The notes under the pieces are model-generated. The model had not been told where the DNA came from. It saw nothing but the letters and a program-made list of their open reading frames with translations, and searched no databases. The translations under genes were made by a program, and so were the position numbers. Below are positions 35,500 through 46,856 of a stretch of 64,000 nt of DNA, in pieces (position 1 is the stretch's first letter; every line of letters begins with the position of its first letter). This DNA is from Mobula hypostoma (Eukaryota): the NCBI RefSeq assembly GCF_963921235.1, contig NC_086109.1, positions 31,312,001 to 31,376,000 on the forward strand, written 5' to 3'.

Positions 35500-38170
35500 A
35501 TGATTCATGATTTTGTAGCTCGGCGCAGCCCAACCGCCATCTATAAATTTGCTAATGACAACAGTATTGTTGATAGAATCTCAGAAGGCGACAAGGAGGA
35601 GTACAGGATTGAAATAGCTCAGCTGATCAAATAGTGTTGCAGTAACAACATTGTACTGAACCATACTAAGACCAAAGAATTGTTCGTAGACTTCAGGAAG
35701 GGGAAGTCGGGAGAACACACACCGATCCTTATTGGGTGTGGGGTGGTTGTAGGTGGTGTCAGTGGTGGAAAAGGTGAACAGTTTCAAGTTTCTGGACATC
35801 AATATCTCAGAGCATCTATGCTGGGTCTAACATATTGATGCAAACACAATGAAGGTGCACTAGAAGCTATGCTTCATTAGGAGTTTAAGGAAATTTTTGG
35901 CACATTGGCCTTCATACACTAAAGGATTAAGTACTGGAATTGGGATGTTATACTGAGGTTGTTTGAGATGTTGGTGAGGCCCAATTTAGAGTATTGTATG
36001 CAATTTTGGTTACCTACCTATTGGAGAGTTGTAAATAAGATTGAAAGAGAACAGAAAAATATTTCAAGGAGGTTGCTGAGCTACAAGAAAAGACTGAATA
36101 GGTTAGAACTTTGTTTTCTAGAACATAGAAGCTTGAGGGGAGATTTGACAGAGATATACAAAATTATGAAGGTTACAGATAGGATAAATGCAAGCAGGCT
36201 TTTTCTACTAAGCTTGGGTGAGATTACAACTAGAGGTCATGGGTTAAAGGTGAAAGGTGAAATGTTTAAAAGTAATCATGAACGTCTTCACTCAGAGAGC
36301 GGAGAGCGTGTTGGCCAAGCTACCAGCACAAGTGATGGATATGATTTCAATTTCAACGTTTAAGAGAAGTTTGGATAGGTACGTGGAAGGGAGGGTTATG
36401 GAAGGCTATGTTCCAGGTGCAGCTTGATGGGACTAGGCATTTTAAATGTTTTGGCATGCACTAGATGAGCTGAAGGACCTGCTTCTGTGCTATAGTTTTC
36501 TGTGACTCTATAACTCTAAAGTATAGGGGCAGGATTAGGCCATTCAGCCCATCAAGTCTGCTCCTGTTGACTCTACCTGGCTGATTTATTAGCCCTCTTA
36601 ATCCAATTCTCCTAGCTTTTCCTCGCCCTAGTTGGGTGGTCTTTCATTGAGTCTGTTATGGTTATCATTATATACATTTATTGAGTATGCCCACAAGAAA
36701 ATGAATCTCAGGGTTGTAAATAGTGTCATATATGTAATTTGATAATAAAATTTACTCTGAACTTTGAACCTTCTTCTCATAACTTTTCACACCCTGATTA
36801 ACCAAGAACCTATTAATTTCCATCTTAAATATACCCAATGAACTGCCCTGCACAGCTGTCTGTGGCAATGGATTCCATAGATTTACCACCTTCTGGCTAA
36901 AGAAGTTGTGCCTCATTGCTGTTCCAAAATTATCTCCCTCTATTCTCAGTTTATGCCCTCTGGTCCTACATTCTCTCCACATCCACCCTATCCGGACCTT
37001 TCAATAAGTTTTAATGAGATTCCCCATCATTCTTCTAAATTTCAGCGAGTACAAGCCCAGAGCCACTAAATACTCAAATGTTAACCCTTTCTTCCCTGTG
37101 AACATTCTCATGAACTTCCTGTGGTCTCTCCAATGCTAGCACATACTTTCTTAGATAAAGAGCCACATCTGCTTACAATATTCCAGGTGCAGCATGCCCA
37201 ATGCCTCATAAAGCCACTGCATACTTTTCATCCCTCTTCCCTCTGGGAGAAGGCTCAGGAGCTTGAAGACTCATACGGCCAGATTTGGGAACAGCCTCTT
37301 TCCAACTGTGATAAGATTGCTGAACGGATCCTGACCCGGATCTGGGCCATACCCTCCAAATATCCGGACCTGCCTCACAGTTTTTTTGCACTACTTTACT
37401 TTCCCTTTTCTATTTTCTACTTATGATTTATAATTTAGATTTTTAATATTTACTATTGATTTGTACTCCAGGGAGCACGAAGAGCAGAATCAAATATTGC
37501 TGTGATGATTTTACACTCTAGTATCAATTGTTTGGTGACAATAAAGTATAAAGTATAAAGCATTATATCCTTGCCTTGTATTCTACTCCTCTTGAAATGA
37601 ATGTTAACATTGCATTTCCCTTCCTTACTACTGACTCTACCAGCAAATTAATCTTTAGGGGATCCTGCACAAGGAATCCCAAGTGCCTTTGCACCTCTGA
37701 CTTTGAATTTTCTCCACATTTAGAAAACAGTCCATGTTTTTGTTCCTTCTACCAAAGACATGACTATGCACTTCCCTGCACAATATTCCATCTGCCACTT
37801 CTTTGCCCATTTCTCCCAATCTGTTTAAGTCCTTCTGCAGATACACTGCTTCCACAACCAAACGTTCCACAACGTTGCCTCCGCCTACCAAAACAAAGAT
37901 GTGGAGAAATTTCTTTAGCCAAAGGGTGGTGAATTTGTGGAATTTGTTGTCACATGAAGCTGTGGAGGCCAAGTCGTTGGGTATATTTAAGGCAGAGATT
38001 GATAAGTTCTTGATTGGACATGATATCAAAGGTTACAGGGAGAAGGCCGGGAACTGGGGTTGAGGAGGAGAGAGAAAAAAGGATCAGCCATGATTGAATA
38101 GCGGAGCAGACTCGATGGGCCAGATGGCCTAATTCTACTCCTATGTCTTAGAGTCTTATAGTCTTATGGT
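35500..38170. mobile_element. LINE fragment cluster: Rex1(+) about 35500-35895, CR1(+) about 35895-36520, CR1(-) about 36520-37830, Rex1 3' end(+) about 37224-37560, CR1(+) about 37890-38170
   Basis: ORFs with IYKFANDNSIV, LVRPNLEYCMQFW and NFFSQKVVNLWN; 37224-37560 is nearly identical to the 3' end of the Rex1 copy at 1950-2283. Confidence 0.85.
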
Positions 38171-38785
38171 TGTAGATTTAGCTAGATTTATCATGAGTGT
38201 AAGCCATGGAGGACGTCTTCAAATGCAGTGCCTCAAGAATGCCCTCACTATTCAGAGCATGTTTTCTTCTTAGTACTACTACTAGGAAGGGAGTACAGTA
38301 ACCTGAAGGTCTACATTGAACATCTTAGGAAAATGTTTCTTCCCCACTGTCATCAGATTTCTGAATGGTCTATAAACTCGTCAACACTACTTCACTACTT
38401 CTCTTTTGCACTCTAATTATATTTTATTATAACTTTAGAGTAGATTGTTTTGCTTGCATTGTATTGCTGCCACAAAACAACAAATTTCATGACTTACTGT
38501 GTCTCAGTGACAATAAACTTGATTCTGATCCTGATTCTGACTCTCAGTGTAAGCATCTACCCTTCAGATCCTGGGTTATAGCTTCAGATTATTCACACAT
38601 ATTTTGAATATACTATATTGCTGCCACATTGACAGCTAAGTTCCCAATAAATAATTTTGCTGAGGGGCTCCAAGCCATGCAGAAGTAAAAAAAAACTGGA
38701 GAATTGGATCTATTAAAGTCTCCATAAATGACTTAAGTTGTTTTGATGTTCTTCAGTGCACAATAGCATAAATTGTAATTTTCAG

Positions 38786-38922
38786 ATCGGTCATCGCTTA
38801 ATAGATAAGGGGATTCCGAATATCTTACACTTCAGGCAGAGATTTTCTGGTTAAATAGGATTTCCTTATGAAATAAACTCTATGTATTTCATCATCCATA
38901 AGACTGGGATTTACTGATGTAG
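38786..38922 (+). pseudogene. Pseudo-exon E20
   Basis: ttgtaattttcag acceptor, AG|gtttaa donor; phase 0 to 2; IGHRLIDKGIPNILHFRQRFSG*IGFPYEINSMYFIIHKTGIY*C. Confidence 0.55.
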
Positions 38923-39695
38923 GTTTAAGTTTTCGCATCTGATCAAATTGTTGGTTTTCTTCTGTGGGTATGAACTTCCTTACTGAGACATAAAGTTAGA
39001 TCTAAAAAATTGAACAATGTCTACATTTCTGATATCTCTGCAGAGAAAAACCTGTCATCTGACAGTATTACAAGGGAAAAGGCCTCCCCTAGAATTTCTG
39101 CTAGATAGTCAAGGGACAAACATTAAGTTCAAGTTTATTGTCACCTGACTGTACATACTGTATATGCAACCAAACGAAATGGCATCCCTCTGGACCATGA
39201 TATACCCACAAAACATATATCACATACAGCACATAAAACAAAATCTTACCACAAATAGATGATAAAATATAGTTTGAAATCCATATGGTGCACAGGTAAA
39301 CAGTGAACAGTAAACACTTCACTATCCAAGTGACGAGACCTCAGTGGTGGCAGGGTATTCATTAGTCTCACAGCCTAAGGAACAAGATGTTAACTAGTCT
39401 GGCAGTTCTAGTTCTGATATTTCTCTGCATCCTTCCTGAAGGTCATGGGTCAATGACATTGTGAGATGGATGGTGGGGATTCTCAACAATTCTTCAGGCC
39501 CTCAGTAAATGTCACAAATGGGGAGGGGGAAGAGATCCTCCATGTGGTTTTTACTATCCTTTGTAAGATTTTGTGATAAGATGCCTTCCAACTTCCATAC
39601 CACACAATGACCCAGCCAAACAGGACACTCTAGATGGCGATCCTGTAGAAAGTTAAAATGCGAGAGGGGAAACTTGCACACCTCAGTCTCCTCAT

Positions 39696-41496
39696 CAGGG
39701 CCGGACTTTAGGCAGGGCTAGGCTGGGCTGCAGCCCAGTGGCCCGAGCTGCAGAGGGGCCCAAAATAGATAACTATCATCATGACAGACAAAAAAAATAC
39801 GAGAGTGGAGCACAGAAAAGAAAGGCAAAACAAGAAAAAGAGGACCGTGAGAAAGAAGCATTAAAAGAAGCATTGAAATTGACAGAATTTTTAAAACCTG
39901 TTCTCGATGATACAGCAGTACCATCGCTCTTGTCACAGTCAGAGACCAGTGGACAAACGGAGACTTGTTCAACAGCTAGCGCTAGCACCAACATTAGCAC
40001 AGGACCAACGTCCTTGCCGCAGTCAGCAGCTAACGTTGAAGAGGCAGGGAGCATGACTTTGGGATTCCCAACACAGAGGCCTCTGAACAACCATGTCGGG
40101 CCGCCATTAATGTTAACATTACTGCTACTGAGGATCCTTACAGCACTGATCCTGCTCGCTGGGGAAAGGAAACGTTAGATGATTCAGTCCGAGCGTACTG
40201 GGCTAAGAAAGGGCCGGAGTCCTGCCAGAGTAACGATGTGGATATCAAAGCTTTGGAACGAGTATACAAACAGCAGAGACTTTTTTCCTTCAAATTTCAC
40301 TTCAAACGCAAGCTTGTAAATGGTAAGTACATATCAAGGCAACGGCTGGGTGTTTTGTTTTGCATGCCGCACCTTCAGTGATGGTAATGGTCAGTCCATC
40401 TTCGAAACTGGCTTTAGCGACTGGAAACATGCCACTGAGCACATAGGAGAACATGAAAATAGCAAACACCGCAGGAAAACGTTACTGACCTATGTTACAC
40501 TAGCGCCTGACAGCGGAAGAATAGATACGGAACTGCAAAAACAGTTCGAGTCAGAGTGTGTCTACTGGACTGATGTATTGAGAAGAGTGTTGGTGGTTGT
40601 GAAGTTTTTGGTCGAGAGGGGACTGGCTATCTGAGGCTCCAGTGACATATTTGGAAGGCCTGATAATGGCAACTACGTAGGCTCAGATCCACAATGGGAC
40701 AGGACAGGCTGAATCATCTTACTCTGATGTCACTTGAAAGTGATCTTGTTCGGAAACTGGATTTTAGTGATCTGATCAAGGACTTTGCTGTGAAGAAATC
40801 CAGAAGAACTAAGCTTTAATTCTGAAAAACAAGCATCTGACTTTGTAAATATCTAGGCTTGTGTGTCAGTGCTGTTCCTGTTTTTGTGGCAATAGGCTAA
40901 TAGTTGACTGTTTACAAACTTACTAAGTAATAAGTGGTCTTTACTCTGCAAGCCACACAGTGCAGCAATAGGATAGTATGTGCTAGATCTCATTTTTTCA
41001 AAAAGGTTGTTGGAGTATTGTCAAGTTTCCTAGTTTGCCATAGTGCCATCTCTCTTGGCTTTTTTGTCTCCCGTTTCCATTTTACTTTCTCAGAACACAC
41101 GGATGAGAAAAATACCGAGATAAAAATGCTTTGGCATTGTTTCAGAAGTAAGGCCTATGGTATGTGCAGCAATAGGTAAATAAAGATTTAAGATTGGGTA
41201 CATCATACTTCGTCTCCCTCATAACTTTACTAGGCCAACTAAGCTTAGGTCAATTTTTGAGTGCTTTAGATGCTGTCCTTCAAACTAAGAATCTGCATTA
41301 CTTTCTGTCCTCCCTCTTAAGGCCTGTAAGCTTATAGCCTACATATTGTACTAAACCAATGTCTTGGTCCACAGCTTTGATATTTAGACCAGTACGACCT
41401 TTGCTCTTGTCCTTGCCTTTTTTTGCTTGGTACAGCAGCATTTTGCGGTGTCGGCAGGGGCCCATCAGGGCCTCCAGCCCAGGGGCCCTGGCCCTG
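39696..41496 (+). mobile_element. hAT transposon (TTF zinc-finger type), internally deleted
   Basis: TIRs CAGGGCC...GGCCCTG; 8-bp TSD ctcctcat/ctcctcag. VFCFACRTF...GFSDWKHATEHIGEHENSKH is joined near 40680 to the dimerisation tail RSTMGQDRLNHLTLMSLESDLVRKLDFSDLIKDFAVKKSR. Confidence 0.9.
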
Positions 41497-42802
41497 CTCC
41501 TCAGCAAGTATAGACACTGCTCTGCCTTCTTGACTATTGAGGAGGTGTTGTGGGTCCAGGTTAGAACATCCATTATGTGCATACCAAGGAACCAAGGAGG
41601 CTGTCCCTCAGTGTCAGAGCCGTGGATGTACAATGGACTATGGTCAACCTCAATCCACAATCATCTCTTTTGTCTTGTCCGCATTAAGACTCAGGTTGTT
41701 CTCACACAATTTGACAAGCCTCTCGAGCTCCTCTCTGTATGCTGGCTTACCATTGTTGCCGATGACTGTTGTTTCATCAGTGAACTTGATGATGTGGTTT
41801 GGGCTGGATCTAGCAGTAAAGTCGAGAGTCAACATCATTAACAGCAGTAGGCTGAGCACATGGCCTTGGGGGGGGGCGGGGGGTGTTCAACAGTGGACAG
41901 CATAATGGAGCTTGAGATATTATAGCCAATTTGGGTTAACTGGGGTCTTTACATCTGGAAGTCTAAGATCCAGTTGTAGAAAGCGGTACTGAGTCCCAAT
42001 GAGAATAGTTGCCAGCCTCTGAGGGATAATCAAGTTAAATGCTGAGCTGAACTCAATGAACAACATTCTGGCGTATGAAGCGTCATTTTCTAGGTGGAGC
42101 AGGACAGAAGGAGGTTACGGCATCAGTGGACTGGTTTGAAAAGTAGAACTTTCCAGTTCACCTACTGCTCAAAACAGCCCTCTGATGATCCCATTGCCTC
42201 AGCCCTTCCTGTCCCACCTACAAAATGATGCCAATGTAGCTGGAAGGTGGGAGTTTATATGATCTATTACCAGCCAGTCAAAGCACTTTATGATTGTTGA
42301 GATCAGTGCCTCTGGGTAGTAATTGTTTAGGGCAATTACCTTCGCTCTTTTGGGCACCGGAATGATGACAGCTGACTTGAAGTTTGCAGGGACAGTGGGC
42401 TGTTGCAAAGAGATATTAATTATTAATTATATCTGTTAAGACCTCAGCTAGCTGGGTCAAACAATCCTTCAGCATCCAACTAGTTATGTTAACTGGCCCC
42501 AGAGCTTTGCATGGGTTTACTTCCCCAGCTAGGATCCCCCACACCTTGGCAGTGCTAGTCAGGGTGCCTGTTTTTCAAGGAGAGAGAAGGTTTTACTTGA
42601 TGACACATTATTCAGTTGGTCAAGTCATGCATAGAAAGCATTCAGTCTATCAGGAAGGAAAGTGTCGCTGACGTTGATGTAGAGTCAGGACCTGTAATCT
42701 GTTATGGCTTGTACCTTGCCACATGCACTGCATGGTCCTGGTGTAGTAAAGCTGTCAGTGAATTTTCTGTGAGTCCACTCACTTTGCCTTCCTGATGGCA
42801 CA

Positions 42803-43256
42803 ACACACCCAAAATGCTGGAGGAACTTAGCAGAGCAGGCAACATCCTTGGAAGTGAGTATATAGCCAATGTTTGGGCCAAGACTTTCCTTCAGGACTGA
42901 GGAGGAAGGGGGAGATGCCAGAATAAAAAGGTGGGTGGGGGGGTAGGTTAAGGAGGCTAGATGAAAGGTGATAGGTTAATCCAGATGGGTGGGGAAGAAG
43001 GAATCTGATCAGAGAGGAGAGTGGACCATAGGTGAAAGGGAAGGAGGAGGTGAACCAGAGGGAGGTATTAGGAGATTGAGAAGAGATAAAAGTTAGAGTA
43101 GGTAATAGAGGAAGGGACTGGGGGGGGGGGATTTGTTTACTGAAAATAGAAATTAATGTTCATGCCACCAAGTTGGAGGCTGCCCAGATGGAATACAAGG
43201 CATTATTCCTCTACCCTGATGGTGGCCTCATCTTGGCACAAGAGGAGGCTATAGAC
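42803..43256 (-). mobile_element. Penelope-like 3' fragment
   Basis: Homologous to 29145-29670 (LLCQDEATIRVEE; terminal ggaggaacttagcag...caggactg). Confidence 0.8.
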
Positions 43257-43969
43257 TGATCCAATCCCGAAGCAAGCACGAACCCTGACATTCAGCCATG
43301 CTTTCTGGTTTGCCCTGGCGGTGTACTGTTTAATCACAGTAACATCCTCGATGCACTTTCTCACGTAGCCAGTCACCAATTCCACATATTCATTAATGTT
43401 GACATGATAATCATACGTAGACATCTCCCTGAATATGTTCCAGTCCGTACTTTCAAAACTGTGCTGCATTGCTGATATAGCCCATCTGGCCAGGTCCTGA
43501 TCTTCCTGCAAACTGGTTTGATTTATTTAACCAGTAGTCAGTCTACAGGGATTAGCAAAACGAGTATGTAGTCTGAATATCCGAGGCAAGGTGAGGGCAG
43601 GTTGAGGGGCAGGGGGCTGCCTTGTATGCTTTTTCAATGTTTATATAGACCGAGTCTAATATATTCTCTCCTCTGAACTATGGGCTGCGAGTTTACATTT
43701 TTCCGTAATGTAGACATGAATGCTGTATTGGAGATGTATGAATTGCAAATTCTATCTACTGTTAATGCCGATGTGCATTCTGCGTCATGTTGAGAAATCA
43801 CTCCTTGATTTTTCAATTGGTATAAGACATTCTGTGAATGTCAGATATGCAGATAAGTTTATTTGTATTTGTATTTATTTTGTTTTTATTATTATTATGT
43901 TCTTCACCTTTTTGTGTTTTCTTTGTGTTGCATCAGATTCAGAGTAACAATTATTTCATTCTTCTTTGA

Positions 43970-44552
43970 GGTGAGGGCCTCTGTCAGTCAGAGCTGACCA
44001 TCGATATTCCATCCCACCTGTCCAGATATACAAGCCTGGACAGTACGATATGGAGAGCAAACTGTTGCCCATTTAGCAAGCTCCCCCTCTGCACGCAACT
44101 GATGAACCCAAAGGAACGGCAGAGACTGACACAATCCGGTATCAGCGTCACCGGAGTTTCCAGTCAGCACTGAAGCCGATGTAGGACTGCCTTAGGGACG
44201 CCAGCTCTGGAATTTTCCCTCTCGGGGTTTACCCCCGAAGTCTTCTCCATGAATGGGTATAGCCGCAAGGCAACAGTTTGAGATCAGAGTTTTCCTTCTA
44301 GATGAGCAGCAATCCACGGCTGACGAGCCCCATCTGCCCAAAGTGACTAGTTTTAAGGCATCAGTAACCTGCCTTTGCCCCTTTTCCTATCATTAGAAAT
44401 GGTTCTGCCGGGCTCAGTAGCTAAGCCACATCTGAAGACCAGGAGCTAGGTTTGGTTGTCGGAGATTATTTGAGGTGCATACCATTGAGAGAATTTAATA
44501 GTTAGAGGGAGCTTGTCCTCTCTACTACCTCCTGGCTATAACAACCTTAAGG
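43970..44552 (-). mobile_element. GC-richer interspersed element, possibly derived from an RTE 5' UTR
   Basis: Compositionally distinct block that interrupts a Rex1-type tail (ttcttct...acacttgtgta). Family assignment is by recalled resemblance only. Confidence 0.4.
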
Positions 44553-44785
44553 AACACTTGTGTAAAGGAAATGACATTAAATAATCTTGAATCGTCAATC
44601 TTCAATCTTAACGTAACATTTTGAGAAAGTGGAACTAATATGTGAAGTTGTATTGTACCTGTTAGGCTTGATAAGTATCTGTGTAGATATCATGGAACTG
44701 GGTTGGTAACTTTTCTACGCAGTTATCTTTAATTTCAGAAATAAATTGTCCACTTAACGTTAACCCTTTTTAATATGAACAATAG

Positions 44786-44867
44786 GCCATCTGCATTTCC
44801 AATAGGTGTGTAAACTTACATAAAGGCATAGGACTAACTAAATCAGTTAATTTTTAAGAACAGCCAT
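44786..44867 (+). pseudogene. Possible pseudo-exon E21 (alternative acceptor would start at 44806)
   Basis: aacaatag acceptor, CAT|gtaagg donor; phase 2 to 0; RPSAFPIGV*TYIKA*D*LNQLIFKNSH. Confidence 0.35.
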
Positions 44868-45129
44868 GTAAGGTTACAACACTAATTGCGATAGTAGGAT
44901 GAGGCTAGTCATCCATGACGAGTGAAGAGGTTACTGGAAGTGATATAGGAAAAGGGCATGAAAGTAGTACAGATAAATATTGACAAAAATTATGATGTCA
45001 ATGGCTGATTGAATGCTGAAACTAATTTGAAGTATAGAATAGGTAGTTTGCCACATCACTTACAAGTATGGGCTACAAATCTATAACTAAGAGGACAAAG
45101 ACTGAAGAAAATCAAGGTATCAACAAATG

Positions 45130-45410
45130 TGGTGTCGCAATAGTATAGCGGTTCGCTATAGGGGAATTCTGGCGTTTGGAGTTCAATTCCTGCACTGTCT
45201 GCAAGGAGTTAGTACATTTTCCCTACGACCATGTGTGTTTCTCCTGGGTGCTCCAGTTTCCTCCTACAGTCGAAAGACCTACCAGTTAGTTGGTTAATTG
45301 GTCGTTGTAAACTGCCCTGTGATTCGGCCAGTGTAAAATAGGTGGGTTGATGGGCGGTTGTTCGTCGAGTCAAAAGGGCCTGTTCTGCACTGTACCTTTA
45401 AGTAAATAAA
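45130..45410 (+). mobile_element. V-SINE-like tRNA-derived SINE
   Basis: B-box-like GGAGTTCAATTCC and V-domain TTTCTCCTGGGTGCTCCAGTTTCCTCCTACAGTCGAAAGAC. Confidence 0.75.
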
Positions 45411-45805
45411 AACAGACAGAATGACACTTGAGATATGGGAAGCAAGAGCTAGAGGTAAACAAAACTGTAATAAAGTGAACTGGTGGAAGAGTGCCTAAAG
45501 GGGGTGCATAGAAACTGATGCTTCACTGATAACCTACTGCTTTGTAAAGCATTTATTCACCGAGAACACAATAAACAATTTAATGAAAATCTTGAGTCTT
45601 TACCTGGAAGATCTAAGTTGACAAGAATTCAGAAATTTACAATTGCTGATACATTGCAGTGGATTGCTAGCTTTCTATTCTGTACATAAAGAATCACTCA
45701 AAAGAAGAGAGGAGACAAATCAAATTGAAGATGATTACATGCTTGAAGCAAAATCTGCCCAATTTCATTTTTACTTAAAGTAAAATCACAAATGCTCAAT
45801 TTTAG

Positions 45806-45898
45806 AAAATTAAATCCATTCCTGCAACTGTTAAAGTATATTTTGTCCTTCTACTACCACGGATCATATTAAGGTTCTGTAGTCTGCCATTTATGGAA
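45806..45898 (+). pseudogene. Possible pseudo-exon E22
   Basis: ctcaattttag acceptor, GAA|gtgaac donor; phase 0 to 0, no stop; KIKSIPATVKVYFVLLLPRIILRFCSLPFME. Confidence 0.4.
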
Positions 45899-46689
45899 GT
45901 GAACTCTCTGTGGGCAATCAAACACATGAAGAAGGAGGAGGCTTTAACAACATCCCCATCCTCCATGGTACCACACTGACTCAAATGCTGCCTTGATATC
46001 ACATGCAATCACTCTCATCTTATTTGCAAACCTAGCTCTCTGGTTTGTGGTTGCAGCAATGGTTTGATGGTCCTGCCAAAACTCAAGTGGGAGAGTGGGA
46101 GGTGGTGAATGGGATATTCCCGAGTACCTTGGGGGCACCATTAACAACAGCTTCTATCGCATTGCTTTCCCCCGGGATTGCAACAATCATTGATATGGTG
46201 CTCTAGCCAATTCTCTAGTCCATGTGACATTACGAAGTGGCTGTGGGCACCAGAGACAAGGCTAGGGGAACAGAGATGAGGTCTCAATCAGTCTATATCT
46301 CTAACCAAAACTATTTCAGTGTAGTTACAAGTTGGACGTCTATTCAAAAATGAAGAAAGTGCCAAGGTATGTCTTTTGCATGGTCGAATCCAAGCCGGCT
46401 AAATACAGCCTCATCTGATATAAATCAACAAAGACTCCATGCTGATTCTGACAGTGGAGCACACTGACAAATGAATCATTTTAAGTCTGTCAGCAAGTAC
46501 AGACAATCTTGTTGAGCTGAATTTTCCTTGTTTCTGTCATCACCTTCTACCACTTGTATCTTCAATGACGGCAGGTGAATGCCAATTTCTGGAACTGGAC
46601 TCTTTCCTTTCCCTTGCTCTTTTAGCATATCAGAGGTACATCATCCCGACTAGACAACAAGGGTAAAAATATACAACTTCTCTTGGGGC

Positions 46690-46856
46690 AGACACAAGAT
46701 GCTAGAGCAACTCAGCAGGCCAGGCAGCATCTATGGAAAAGAGTAAATAGTCAGTGCTTCGGACTGAGACCCTTCATCAGGACACCTGGTGATGGGTCTC
46801 AGCCCAAAACGTTGACTGCTTGCTCTTTTCCATACTGCTGCATGGCCTACTGAGTT
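46690..46856. repeat. Palindromic Penelope-terminus-derived element with hammerhead-like cores; right arm resumes at 50911-50970
   Basis: Inverted arms centred at about 46783: ...gagacccttcatcagg-aca-cctggtgatgggtctc... Confidence 0.75.

Larger units (their letters stand above)
39120..43620 (-). mobile_element. Rex1/Babar LINE, degraded, split by hAT and Penelope insertions
   Basis: Minus-strand ORFs IIKFTDETTVIG...LCENNLSLNADKTKEMIVD, VPANFKSAVIIPVPKR and FESTDWNIFR...VTGYVRKCIEDV. Confidence 0.85.

Noticed and set aside
39738..40634. ZMYM1/THAP12-like host gene
   Set aside because: A frameshifted transposase remnant between TIRs with an 8-bp TSD.
45130..45200. tRNA gene
   Set aside because: Only degenerate A/B-box-like motifs leading into a V-SINE body; no cloverleaf.
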